This document shows, piece after piece, positions 18,800 to 28,391 of a DNA stretch of 51,168 nucleotides. The DNA lies in assembly GCA_050248855.1 (NCBI GenBank), contig JBFWRP010000014.1, positions 60,907 through 112,074 of the forward strand, read 5' to 3'. Position 1 is the first letter of the stretch; each line of letters opens with the position of its first letter. The notes under the pieces were generated by a model. That model did no database searches. It had not been told where the DNA came from and saw only the letters and a list, made by a program, of their open reading frames with translations. Both the position numbers and the translations under genes were made by a program. Source of the DNA: Planctomycetota bacterium. Lineage in GTDB: Bacteria > Planctomycetota > PLA2 > JAEUHO01.

Positions 18800-19188
18800 T
18801 TCCATGCTCCCGCGCGGACTCGGTGCTCCGGCTTCGCCTGCGCAGCAGGGGGGCTATTGCGTTCCGCCAGCTTCCGCCCGCGCAAGGGGACACTTGCCCG
18901 AAGCGCCGCAGAGCAGCTGTTCCGCGCTACCGCGCGGATTCGGTGCTCCGGCTTCGCCTGCGCAGCAGGGGGGCTATTGCGTTCCGCCAGCTTCCGCCCG
19001 CGCAAGGGGACACTTGCCCGAAGCGCCGCAGAGCAGCTGTTCCGCGCTACCGCGCGGATTCGGTGCTCCGGCTTCGCCTGCGCAGCAGGGGGGCTATTCC
19101 GTACCCCCCCTGCACCCCTCACGGTCCCCCCTGCACCCCTCACGGTCCCCCCTGCACCCCTCACGGCCCCCCTGCACCCCTCACGGGG
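18800..19188. repeat. Repeat family B: 120-bp tandem units, terminal hairpin and 4x ~21-bp minisatellite
   Basis: Units at 18811, 18931 and 19051 (partial) are nearly identical. tgcacccctcacgg recurs at 19111, 19132, 19153 and 19173. Confidence 0.95.
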
Positions 19189-19260
19189 CCCTGACGACCC
19201 GGGGCGTGGGCGCGTGCCCCGCGTTGCGGCAGACGCCGCCACCGCGCAGGATGGGCAGGG

Positions 19261-20163
19261 ATGGACCTCCGGCAGCTCGACTCGTTCCGTCACGTCGTGC
19301 GTGAGGGCTCCTTCACGGCCGCCGCCAAGCGCCTGCACATGACGCAGCCCGCCATCAGCCTGCACATCAAGGCCCTGGAGCAGGAGCTGGGTGCGCGCTT
19401 GATGGAGCGCGACGGCAAGGGCGTACGCCTGACGCCCGAGGGCGAAGCGTTGCTCGAGGCCGCCGACCGCGCGTTCGCCGCCCTGGAGGACGGCCGCCGC
19501 GCCATCCGGCAGCGGTCCGCGCCGGACCGCGGCACGGTCGTGCTGGCCTGCGGCGACACGGTGGCCCTGCATCTGCTCCCGCCCGTCCTCAAGGCCTTCC
19601 GCCGCGCATGGCCCAAGGCCGAGGTCGCCATCCTCAACCACGGGTCGCACGAGATCCTCGAGCGCGTGCTGCGACGCGAGGCGGACGTCGGCATCGTCAC
19701 GAGGCCACCGCGCCTGGACCCGGAGCTCTGGTCGCGCACGCTGCGACGCGACCCGCTGCGGCTGCTCCTGCCGCGGCGTCATCCGCTGGCCGAGCGCGAG
19801 GCGGTGACCCGCGAGGACCTGGAGGGCCGCGCCGCGGTGTTGCTCGCACGTCCCGCCGAGACGCGCGCCGTCATCGACCGGGCGCTGCGCGAGGTCGGCG
19901 TGGAGCCGCGCTGCGTCATGGAGAGCGGCAACCTCGAAGTCGTCAAGCGCTACGTGCGCGAAGGCCTCGGGTGGTCCATCGTGCCGGACATGGCGCTCGC
20001 GCCCGCGGACCACAAGCGCATGGCCGTCCGCGACCTCGCGGGCCTGCCGGCGCGGCGGATCGTGGTCGTGCGGCGCAAGGATCGCACCCCCGGTCCGCTC
20101 ACGACGGCGCTGCTCGAGCTCATGGCGCACCACCTCCTCGAACCGGGCGAGGGCGCAGCGTGA
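19261..20163 (+). CDS. LysR-family transcriptional regulator
   Basis: MDLRQL.SF...GSFTAAAKRLHMTQPAISLHIKALEQELG HTH, followed by a substrate-binding domain. Confidence 0.95.
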   Translation: MDLRQLDSFRHVVREGSFTAAAKRLHMTQPAISLHIKALEQELGARLMERDGKGVRLTPEGEALLEAADRAFAALEDGRRAIRQRSAPDRGTVVLACGDTVALHLLPPVLKAFRRAWPKAEVAILNHGSHEILERVLRREADVGIVTRPPRLDPELWSRTLRRDPLRLLLPRRHPLAEREAVTREDLEGRAAVLLARPAETRAVIDRALREVGVEPRCVMESGNLEVVKRYVREGLGWSIVPDMALAPADHKRMAVRDLAGLPARRIVVVRRKDRTPGPLTTALLELMAHHLLEPGEGAA

Positions 20164-20230
20164 CGCCACGCGGCAGGCGGGGTCTCGCCGCAAGTCGGGT
20201 CGTCGCCCGGGCGGCCGTACCCTCCTGGGC

Positions 20231-21169
20231 ATGAAGATCCTCGTCACCGGCGCCGGCGGCCAGATCGGCGCCGACCTGCTCCCCCATCTCGTCGCCCGCG
20301 GCGACGAGGTCACCGTGTTCGACGTGGCGCCGCAGCCGGCAGCGTGTCCGCCCGAGGTGCGCTGGATCCGCGGCGACGTCACGATGGCGGGCGAGGTCTT
20401 CGACGCGGTCAAGGCTGCGCGCCCCGAGCGGCTGTTCCACTTGGCGGCCATCCTCTCCGCCACCGGCGAGCGGGTTCCCCACCGCGCCTGGGCCGTCAAC
20501 ATGGAGGGCACACGGAACGCCCTCGAGGCCGCGCGCCTCTTCGACGTGGCCCAGGTGTTCTTCACGAGCACGATCGCCGCGTTCGGCCCCGGGCTCGAAC
20601 CGCCCGTGGGCGACGACGTCCCGCTGCGTCCCACCACGATGTACGGCCTCACGAAGGTCGGCGGCGAGCTGCTCGGCGAGTGGTACCAGCGGACCTACGG
20701 CCTGGACTTCCGCGGCGTGCGCTTCCCGGGCCTCATCAGCGCAGCCGAGCCCGGTGGTGGCACGAGCGACTACGCGCTGTTCATGTACGTCAACGGACTA
20801 CGCGATGGGTTCTACGAGGCGTTCGTCACCCCGGAGAGCCAGATTCCCTTCATGTACATGCCCGACGCGGTGCGCGCCGTCCTCGAGCTGTCCGATGCAC
20901 CCCGCGCTGCGCTGGGCAGGAGCATCTACAACATCGCGGCCATCAGCCCGACGGCCGCCGAGGTGGCCGACGCGGTGCGGGAGCGCATCCCCGGAGTCCG
21001 GCTGACCTTCCGCAGCGACCCGCGCCGCCAGGCCATCCTCGACTCGTGGCCATCCGTCCTGGACGACGCGAACGCGCGACGCGACTGGGGCTGGTCGCAC
21101 GAGTACGACCTCGACTCCATGAGTGACGATCTGCTCGCCAAGCTGCGCGAGCCCGCGAGCGTGCGGTAG
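20231..21169 (+). CDS. NAD-dependent epimerase/dehydratase, probable L-threonine 3-dehydrogenase (SDR type)
   Basis: TGAGGQIG, HLAAILSATGE, PTTMYGLTK, RFPGLIS...PGGGTSDYA, PFMYMPD and RQAILDSWP are characteristic of SDR-type TDH. Confidence 0.85.
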   Translation: MKILVTGAGGQIGADLLPHLVARGDEVTVFDVAPQPAACPPEVRWIRGDVTMAGEVFDAVKAARPERLFHLAAILSATGERVPHRAWAVNMEGTRNALEAARLFDVAQVFFTSTIAAFGPGLEPPVGDDVPLRPTTMYGLTKVGGELLGEWYQRTYGLDFRGVRFPGLISAAEPGGGTSDYALFMYVNGLRDGFYEAFVTPESQIPFMYMPDAVRAVLELSDAPRAALGRSIYNIAAISPTAAEVADAVRERIPGVRLTFRSDPRRQAILDSWPSVLDDANARRDWGWSHEYDLDSMSDDLLAKLREPASVR

Positions 21170-21236
21170 CCGCCACGGCCGCAGCGGCCGCGGCCGGCGG
21201 CGACGCGGTACGGAGGACGCAGACGCGGTACGGAGG

Positions 21237-24143
21237 CTATGCGGTCGGCGACTTCGCCGCAGGTGCGCGGCCGAGGTGCTCGCGCAGCATCGCGCCGAGA
21301 TCCTCCTGGCGGTACGGCTTGTCGAGCACGCCCCGGAAGCCGTGGGCCTCGGGCTCCAGCAGCACGGGATCCTCGAAATGCCCGCTCGACGCGATGATGC
21401 ACGCCTCGGGGTCGAGCTCGAGCAAGCGCCGCGTGGCCTCGGCGCCGCCCATCCCGTCGGGGATGTTCAGGTCCATGATCACGAGGTCGAAGGTCTGCTT
21501 CTTGCCCATGGCGTGCGCGTACAGCTCCAGGGCCTGCTGCCCGCTCTCGGCCGTCGTGGGGCGGTAGCCGAGGCTGCGCAACATGCGGCTGCACACGTCG
21601 CGCACGGTGGCCTCGTCGTCCATCACGAGGATGCGGCCCGTGCCTTGTCGGGCGCGGAGCAGGCGATCGAGGGCTTCCTCGGGCTGGGGCAGCTCGGCCT
21701 TGCAGGCGGGCAGGTAGACGCGGAACGTCGTGCCCACGCCGACCTTGCTGTCGACGAGGATCGAGCCGCCATGACGGCGTACGATCGAGTAGGAGGTCGC
21801 CAGACCCAGGCCCGTGCCTTCCGCCTTCGTGGTGAAGTAGGGGTCGAAAATCCGTTGCAAGGCCTCCGGCGGGATCCCGCAGCCCTGGTCGGTGACGACG
21901 ATCTCCACGTAGCGCCCGGGGTCGATCGGCGTGCCGTCGCCGGCGACGACCGACGTCGTGCGTGCGGTCACGACCAGGTCTCCACCCTCGGGCATCGCCT
22001 GCGTGGCGTTGATCACGAGGTTCTGCAGGACCTGCAGGATCTGCCCCTGGTCGGCCTCGACCGCGGCCAAGTCGGCCGCCACGTCCGGGGTACACCGCAC
22101 GTTGGACCCGCGCAGGGCGAACGCGACGGTCTCGAGCAGTCCCTTGGTCAGCACCACCGGACGCCTCAGCGGTGCGCCGCCCTTGGCAAACGTCAGCAGC
22201 TGGCGGGTCAGGTCCTGGGCGCGGATCGCGGCATCCAAGGCTTGCTGCAGGCTGTAGCCCGTGTCGGACGTTGCATCCACGTCCATGCGCGCGAGCGACA
22301 AGTTGCCGATGATGCCCGCCAAGATGTTGTTGAAGTCGTGGGCGATGCCGCCTGCGAGCACGCCGACCGACTCCAGCTTGGCGGCGCGCAACAGCTCTTC
22401 CTCGCGCCGCATGTGGTCGGTGACGTCGCGGAGCACGACCACGACGCCGACGGCCTCGCCGTTGGGACCGCGCAGGGGAGCGCCGGCCACGACCAGCTGG
22501 CGAACGCCGTGGTCGCGGGTGGAGAGCGTGACCTCGCTGCCGCGCGCCCCCCCCTCGGGTCGGAGCCACGGGGCGCGCCCCTGGATCGGGCCGCCGCCGG
22601 GAAGCTCGAAGCTCGCCACGGTCTCGAGCGGGCGTCCGCGCGCGGCGCGCTCGGACATGCCCAGCAGCCGCGTCGCGGCTTCGTTCATCTGCTGGACGCA
22701 GCCGTCGGCGTCGAGACCGATGACGGCGTCCGTGATGCTGCGGAGCATGATGGCGCTGCGCTCGCGCTCGGCCTGGAGCGCATCCTGGGTCTCGCGCCTG
22801 CGGGTGACGTCGAACAGCGTGCCTTGCACGTGCCGCACGATGCCCCGCTCGTCGCGGACACCCTGGCCGTACTCCTCGATCCAGCGCTCGCTGCCGTCCA
22901 GGTGCCGCAGCCGGTAGGTGACGAACCAGGGCCTGCCCTCCGTCAGGGCAGTCGTGATCTCCTCGTCGACACCAGGGCGATCGGTCGGGTGGATGCGCTC
23001 GTCGAGCTCACGGCGGCCGCGCGTGAACACCTGCGGATCGAGACCCGTCAGCGTGTGCACGCCCTGGCCCATGAACGCCACGGTCCACTCTTCGCCATGC
23101 CGCGTCAGCAGGTACGCCGCGCCGGGGATCGACTCGGCCAGGAGTCGGAACTGGCTGCGGCTCTCGTCGATCGCCTGCCGGGCGGCGCCCGTCGACAGCG
23201 AGTCCAGGTGCGTCCAGAGCCATGAACGGCCCTCGAGGCGGATCGGCGTCGTGTGCACGAGGACCCGCGGCTCGGGGGCGCTCTCGGAGCGCAGCGCCAC
23301 GACGGAGCTGCCGCTCTCCGCGTCGGTCGCCTGGAACCGGGGTGCGGTGCCCCCCGTGGATGGCGCCAGCGCCTGGGTCAGCGGTCGGCCCACGACGTCC
23401 TGCCGGAGCAGGCCGAGGCGTTCGAGGGCCGTGGGGTTGGCAAGTCGCACGCGAGCCGTGGCCGGCTCGAGCAGCAGGAGCGGCGCGGCCAGCTGGGCCA
23501 TCACGCGCTCGACCCCCTCGAGCGCGTTGCCTGGCGCTTCGCGGCGCAGGACGTGGCCGTGACGCCGACGCCGGAGGAACCCGATCACGAGCAAGGCGGC
23601 GAGGGCCGCCAAGACGGCCAGACCCAGGATCTCGGTCCCCTGGTAGGCACCTGCCAGCTTCTCGGTGCGGCTTCCGACCAGTTCGTGCGCGCCCGCACGG
23701 ACACTGGCCAAGGCGCGCCGTACCGGCTCGACGGCGTTGCGAGCGGACTCGGCGTCGGAGGTGTCGTCGGACGTGACGTGTTGGACGGCGGCCTGGGAAC
23801 GCGCGATCTCGGCTTCCCAATGCCGCAGTCGATCTTGGTACCAGACGACGCGCAGCGGGCTGGAAGCCCGCAAGTCACCGGCTTCCAGCGCTTCGACCAG
23901 GCGGTTCGCCTCTTGGGGACCCCGGCTCCCCTGCCACGCGGCGATTCGTCCGTCGACCACGTCGATGTGGACCTGGAGCGCCTGGGCCCACCGCCAGGCT
24001 TCGTCGAACTCATCGGACGCCGAGCCCCGTTGCCGCGTCACGTGGATGGCGACCCCCACGACGGCCACGACGGACAGGACCTTGAGCGCCGTGATCGCAT
24101 GCTCGCCCAGCATGCCCTTCCAAGAGCGACCTTCGCGGGTCAT
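21237..24143 (-). CDS. Membrane PAS hybrid sensor histidine kinase/response regulator
   Basis: Two TM segments, PAS domains, AGGIAHDFNN H-box, N/G boxes (FDPYFTTK..GTGLGL) and C-terminal REC. Confidence 0.95.
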   Translation of the reverse strand: MTREGRSWKGMLGEHAITALKVLSVVAVVGVAIHVTRQRGSASDEFDEAWRWAQALQVHIDVVDGRIAAWQGSRGPQEANRLVEALEAGDLRASSPLRVVWYQDRLRHWEAEIARSQAAVQHVTSDDTSDAESARNAVEPVRRALASVRAGAHELVGSRTEKLAGAYQGTEILGLAVLAALAALLVIGFLRRRRHGHVLRREAPGNALEGVERVMAQLAAPLLLLEPATARVRLANPTALERLGLLRQDVVGRPLTQALAPSTGGTAPRFQATDAESGSSVVALRSESAPEPRVLVHTTPIRLEGRSWLWTHLDSLSTGAARQAIDESRSQFRLLAESIPGAAYLLTRHGEEWTVAFMGQGVHTLTGLDPQVFTRGRRELDERIHPTDRPGVDEEITTALTEGRPWFVTYRLRHLDGSERWIEEYGQGVRDERGIVRHVQGTLFDVTRRRETQDALQAERERSAIMLRSITDAVIGLDADGCVQQMNEAATRLLGMSERAARGRPLETVASFELPGGGPIQGRAPWLRPEGGARGSEVTLSTRDHGVRQLVVAGAPLRGPNGEAVGVVVVLRDVTDHMRREEELLRAAKLESVGVLAGGIAHDFNNILAGIIGNLSLARMDVDATSDTGYSLQQALDAAIRAQDLTRQLLTFAKGGAPLRRPVVLTKGLLETVAFALRGSNVRCTPDVAADLAAVEADQGQILQVLQNLVINATQAMPEGGDLVVTARTTSVVAGDGTPIDPGRYVEIVVTDQGCGIPPEALQRIFDPYFTTKAEGTGLGLATSYSIVRRHGGSILVDSKVGVGTTFRVYLPACKAELPQPEEALDRLLRARQGTGRILVMDDEATVRDVCSRMLRSLGYRPTTAESGQQALELYAHAMGKKQTFDLVIMDLNIPDGMGGAEATRRLLELDPEACIIASSGHFEDPVLLEPEAHGFRGVLDKPYRQEDLGAMLREHLGRAPAAKSPTA

Positions 24144-27100
24144 GCCTCGATCTCCCCCGTTGCGCGCGCCGGACTCCTCGCGCGGTGTGCCGCCAGCTGC
24201 TCGGCGACCACGACGTTGAGGTCCTCTTTCGTGTAGGGCTTGCGCAGGATCCCCGTGAACCCATAGCGGGCCGGATCCGCCATCACGGGGTCGTTGGAGT
24301 AGCCGCTGGACACCACGATGCGTGCATGCGGGTCCAGCTCGAGCAGGCGCGCCGTCGCTTCCCGGCCGCCCATGGCGCCGGGGATCGTGAGGTCCATGAT
24401 GACGACCTCGAACGGGCTGCCCGTCGACTGGGCCTGCGCGTACAGCTCGAGGGCTTGTTCACCGTCCACCGCGAAGGACGGCTCGAGACCAAGTGCCTGC
24501 AGCATGCGACCGCCGACGTCGCGCACCGTGGCCTCGTCGTCCATCAGCAGCACGCGGCCTCCGTCCTGCGGAAGGGCGATCGCATCCGAGGACGGGTCGC
24601 CGCCCTCGAGGACGGGGCGATCGGACGCGGGCAAGTAGACGCAGAAGGTCGTCCCGACGCCCACGGTCGACGACACGGCGATGCACCCACCGTGGCGCCG
24701 CACGATCGAGTAGCTCGTGGCGAGACCGAGGCCCGTGCCTTCGCGCTTGGTCGTGAAGTACGGGTCGAAGATCCGCTTGAGCGCGTCCTCGGGGATCCCG
24801 CACCCCTCGTCGACCACGCGGATCTCCAGGTAGAGCCCGGGCTTGACCGGCAGCCCGCTCTCGGTGCCGAGCAGCACGTTGCGCGCTTCGACCAGCAGCA
24901 CGCCGCCGTCGGGCATGGCCTGGGCGGCGTTCAACACGAGGTTGTGGAGCACTTGGTTGATCTGGCCCTCGTCCACCTCGGCGGCCGCCAGGCCGTCCAC
25001 GATCTCGGGCTCGCAGCGGACGTTGGAGCCGCGCAGCGCGAACGCCACCGTGTCGCGAATGAGGTCGTCCAAGCGCACGAGGCGCTTCATGGGCGCACCC
25101 CCCTTGGCGAAGGTCAGCAGCTGGCGTGTCAGGTTCTGCGCGCGGACGGCGGCGTCCTGGGCCTGCTTCAGGCTGTAGGCGGCCTCGCTCTCGGCCTCCA
25201 CGTCCATGCGGGCCAAGCTGAGGTTGCCGATGACGCCGGCGAGGATGTTGTTGAAGTCGTGGGCGATCCCGCCGGCCAGCACGCCCACGCTCTCCAGCTT
25301 GGCGGCGCGCTGCATCTCGAGCTCACGGCGCTGTTGCTCCGTGACGTCGCGGAGGATGACGACTGCACCCACGGTCTGCCCTTCCAGACTGCGGATGGGC
25401 GCACCGGTGACGTGGACCAGCATGGGGCCCTGGTCGGCGCCGCGGAACGACACGGTCATCGTGTCCGACGTACCCGTCTCCGCCCCGAGCCAGCGCTGCA
25501 GCGGCGGCTTCTCGGCCGGCCGCCCCTCCTCCTCGACGACGTGCCAGCTGGCGTCGAGCGGTCGCCCGACGATGTCGCGCGCCGGGGCGCCGAGGATGCG
25601 CTCCGCCGCCTCGTTGATCATCTCGACGACGCCTTGCGTGTTGGTACTGACCACGCCGTCGGCGATGGACCGGAGCGTCACGCCCAGACGGTCCTTCTCG
25701 GCCGCGAGGGCCTCCTTGGCCCGGCGCCGTCCGGTGACGTCGAACAACGTGCCTTGCAAGTAGCGCAAGGCCCCGTGCTCGTCGTAGACACCCTGCCCGT
25801 GCTCCTCGACCCAACGGTAGGCGCCGTCGGCGTGACGCAACCGGTAGCCCAGGAAGTACGGGCGTCGATGGCGCAGCGCGTCTTCCACTTCGGCCACGAC
25901 GCCTTCCGCATCGGCGGGGTGGTAGAGATCGTGGAACCAGACTCGCTCGGCCAGGAACTCCGATGCGTCGATGCCGGTCAGGGTCACGACCTGGCGGTTC
26001 AGGTAGAGCATGGCGAAGCGGTCGCCGTCGTTGCGGCACAGGTACGTGACGCCGGGCACGTTCTCGGCCAGGGTCCGGAAGCGGGCCTCGCTCTCGCGCA
26101 GGGCGATCTCGGCCCGCTGCCGCTCCGTCACATCCCGCACGATGCTGTAGATGAGCGTGCGCGTGCCCACGCGGATGGGTGCCGACTGGACCTCCACGTC
26201 GCGCGTCGCGCCGGACAGCAGCCGGTGCTGGGCCAGCGTGGTCGACGCTTCGTCGTTGCTGGGCATGGCCAGCAGCGAGCCCCGCGACGGACCCGGGCCG
26301 TGCGCATAGAGCTCGGTCACGTGGAGACTGCGCAAGTCGTCCAGCGACCCGCCGTAGAACGCGCACGCGGCACGGTTGGCATCCACGATGTGGCCCACGA
26401 CCGGGTCCACCAGCAGCTTGGCCACGTTGATCTGCTCGAACATCTGCTGGTAGCGCTCTTCGAAGGCGCTCAGGGCCTGCGTCGACGCGTCCAGGGCCCG
26501 ACGCTGCGAGCGCGCGCGCACCAGCAACAAGCCGAAGAGGGCCGTCGAGAGCACGGCGATCAGCGCGATGCCGTCGAGCAAGGCCCGGCCCTGGGCCAGC
26601 TCCTCGGCGCGCTGCGTGAGCAGGATCGCGGCCGCGTGCTGGGCCTCGACCAGCGTCTCGGCGAGCGTCCTCGCGTGGTCCTCGATGCGGACCACCCAGG
26701 CGTCCACCGAGCCCTCTTCCGCCAGCTGCTTGCGGTAGGCCGCGATGTCATCGGCCAACCCCCGGCCGCGATCGCGCCAGCGGTCCATGAGGCTGCGATG
26801 CGCCGAGTAGACGATCGGCGCGCGTGCGAGCAGGGGCGGGTCGCGCAGGATGTCGAGGTCCGTGGCGCCGTGGCGGGCGAGGATCTCGTCAAGCTCCCCG
26901 CGCCCCTCGGCCCAGCGCACGAGGTCGTCCATCAGGGCCCGCTGCTGGCGGGCGTCCCGCCACCAGCTGGCCACTTGCGCAAGCCGGTCCTGGCGTGCGC
27001 CGACGAGCCCCACGAAGTGCACGCACAGGAGCGCCAGGAGCACGCAGCCGCCCACGACCGACCACAGGCCGGGGTAGGCGCCCCGTCCGGACGGACGGAG

Positions 27101-27151
27101 GGCGGTCGGCCGCAAGCGACCGCCGCGATGGGGCTTCGGGTGTCGGAACAT
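24140..27151 (-). CDS. Membrane PAS hybrid sensor histidine kinase/response regulator (tandem paralog)
   Basis: Same architecture with three PAS domains. Stop overlaps the next start (ATGA). Start codon is approximate. Confidence 0.93.
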   Translation of the reverse strand: MFRHPKPHRGGRLRPTALRPSGRGAYPGLWSVVGGCVLLALLCVHFVGLVGARQDRLAQVASWWRDARQQRALMDDLVRWAEGRGELDEILARHGATDLDILRDPPLLARAPIVYSAHRSLMDRWRDRGRGLADDIAAYRKQLAEEGSVDAWVVRIEDHARTLAETLVEAQHAAAILLTQRAEELAQGRALLDGIALIAVLSTALFGLLLVRARSQRRALDASTQALSAFEERYQQMFEQINVAKLLVDPVVGHIVDANRAACAFYGGSLDDLRSLHVTELYAHGPGPSRGSLLAMPSNDEASTTLAQHRLLSGATRDVEVQSAPIRVGTRTLIYSIVRDVTERQRAEIALRESEARFRTLAENVPGVTYLCRNDGDRFAMLYLNRQVVTLTGIDASEFLAERVWFHDLYHPADAEGVVAEVEDALRHRRPYFLGYRLRHADGAYRWVEEHGQGVYDEHGALRYLQGTLFDVTGRRRAKEALAAEKDRLGVTLRSIADGVVSTNTQGVVEMINEAAERILGAPARDIVGRPLDASWHVVEEEGRPAEKPPLQRWLGAETGTSDTMTVSFRGADQGPMLVHVTGAPIRSLEGQTVGAVVILRDVTEQQRRELEMQRAAKLESVGVLAGGIAHDFNNILAGVIGNLSLARMDVEAESEAAYSLKQAQDAAVRAQNLTRQLLTFAKGGAPMKRLVRLDDLIRDTVAFALRGSNVRCEPEIVDGLAAAEVDEGQINQVLHNLVLNAAQAMPDGGVLLVEARNVLLGTESGLPVKPGLYLEIRVVDEGCGIPEDALKRIFDPYFTTKREGTGLGLATSYSIVRRHGGCIAVSSTVGVGTTFCVYLPASDRPVLEGGDPSSDAIALPQDGGRVLLMDDEATVRDVGGRMLQALGLEPSFAVDGEQALELYAQAQSTGSPFEVVIMDLTIPGAMGGREATARLLELDPHARIVVSSGYSNDPVMADPARYGFTGILRKPYTKEDLNVVVAEQLAAHRARSPARATGEIEA

Positions 27152-27343
27152 GGCGGGTGACGGGCGCACCGAGGGCGCGGCCGGTCGGGCCCCTATCGGC
27201 CAGCGCGGCGCCGAATCGGCGCGCCCACGGACGGAAGACCCGCATCGGGGCCCGGGAAACCGCGGGCTGGCCTTCCCCCCGTCGTCCAACGAAGGTGGTT
27301 GTTGCCAGCGGCCCGATCCAAGGGCCCCGAGGAGGAGCGAACG

Positions 27344-28333
27344 ATGAGCGAACACGGCGACCGAACGGCCCCCCTCCCCAGCCGCCGGATGCGGCGGGCA
27401 AGCGCGAGCCGAGCGCTCATGACCCTGGCCGGCCTCGCGCTGCTCGCGGTCGCCAGCGGCGGCAGCGCGAGTGCCTGGGACGAGTGCGCGCCGCGCGGCC
27501 CGCGCCGAGGTGCGTGCCGGACCGACCACGGCCATCGCTGCGTCCCGTGCGCGCCCTGTGGCTCGACCGTGGCTTGGCGGCGCGGCTACGGCCGCACGTA
27601 CGGCACGCCGTGGCTGGTCATCCGCGACCGGCTGGACGGTCGGGCCTACATCCGACGCAGCTTCCTGCGCGGCTACTTCCTGCGCCGCTACGGCGTCGTC
27701 TTCGCCGACGGCGGCCACTTCGCGCAACCCGCTGAGGACGGCGTCGGCGCCTGGATCGACGCCGATGGCTTCGGCGACGCCGCCCAGGAGCCCGTGGATG
27801 CCATCGACCGCCTCAACCGCGGCTTCGCCCGCTTCCACCACGGCGACTACGAAGGGGCCCGTGCCGACTTTGGCGTGGTCGCCTCGACGCGCTCCGACCT
27901 CCCGGCCGCTCGCGTCGGTCGTGCGCTCACGTCGATGATCGCGGCCGACTGGTCGGCCGCGGCGCGTGACCTGGACGCGCTCGCCCGGAGCGGCGAGCTG
28001 CGCGCCGGAGACCGCCTCCTCGTGGAGGAGGCCTTCGCCGACCCGACGCGCGTCACCTCCCTGGTCGATGCGGCGGAGACGTGGCTTCGCTTGCGCGCCG
28101 GCGACCGGGCCGCGCAGCTCGCCACGGGCTGGCTGCTCGGCTTGCTCGGCGAGGACGACGCCGCACGCACCCACCTCGAACGTGCCGCCGACGGGGCCGC
28201 CCGCCGCGCGCTGCTCGGTGCGCCGCAGGCCCCGGCCGGTGCCGCGCCGGCCGGTGGCAACGATGCCCGGCCGCCCGCCCCGCCGCGGCTGCCGCGCGCG
28301 ATCGCCGAGGGAGAGGTCGCCCGGGGCGCCTGA
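27344..28333 (+). CDS. Secreted hypothetical protein with Cys-rich N-terminus and TPR-like helices
   Basis: GAGGAG RBS, signal peptide, RGFARFHHGDYEGARADF TPR-like segment. Confidence 0.7.
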   Translation: MSEHGDRTAPLPSRRMRRASASRALMTLAGLALLAVASGGSASAWDECAPRGPRRGACRTDHGHRCVPCAPCGSTVAWRRGYGRTYGTPWLVIRDRLDGRAYIRRSFLRGYFLRRYGVVFADGGHFAQPAEDGVGAWIDADGFGDAAQEPVDAIDRLNRGFARFHHGDYEGARADFGVVASTRSDLPAARVGRALTSMIAADWSAAARDLDALARSGELRAGDRLLVEEAFADPTRVTSLVDAAETWLRLRAGDRAAQLATGWLLGLLGEDDAARTHLERAADGAARRALLGAPQAPAGAAPAGGNDARPPAPPRLPRAIAEGEVARGA

Positions 28334-28391
28334 GGCGCGACCGGCCTGGCCCGCGCGAGCCTTCACGTCCTGCGTCTGCCATGCTTCGGGG

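Noticed and set aside
18623..19342. ORFs with 40-aa repeats across family B (also the N-terminal extension of 40589..42379)
   Set aside because: The 120-bp unit is open in several frames on both strands, with no codon bias or credible start. The repeat is better explained at the DNA level.
15847..20652. 1601-aa minus-strand ORF and other long antisense or shifted ORFs (e.g. 47696..50848, 24185..27160, 21123..23225)
   Set aside because: These are shadows of real genes in stop-poor high-GC DNA, with Arg/Ala/Gly/Pro-rich translations and no motifs.
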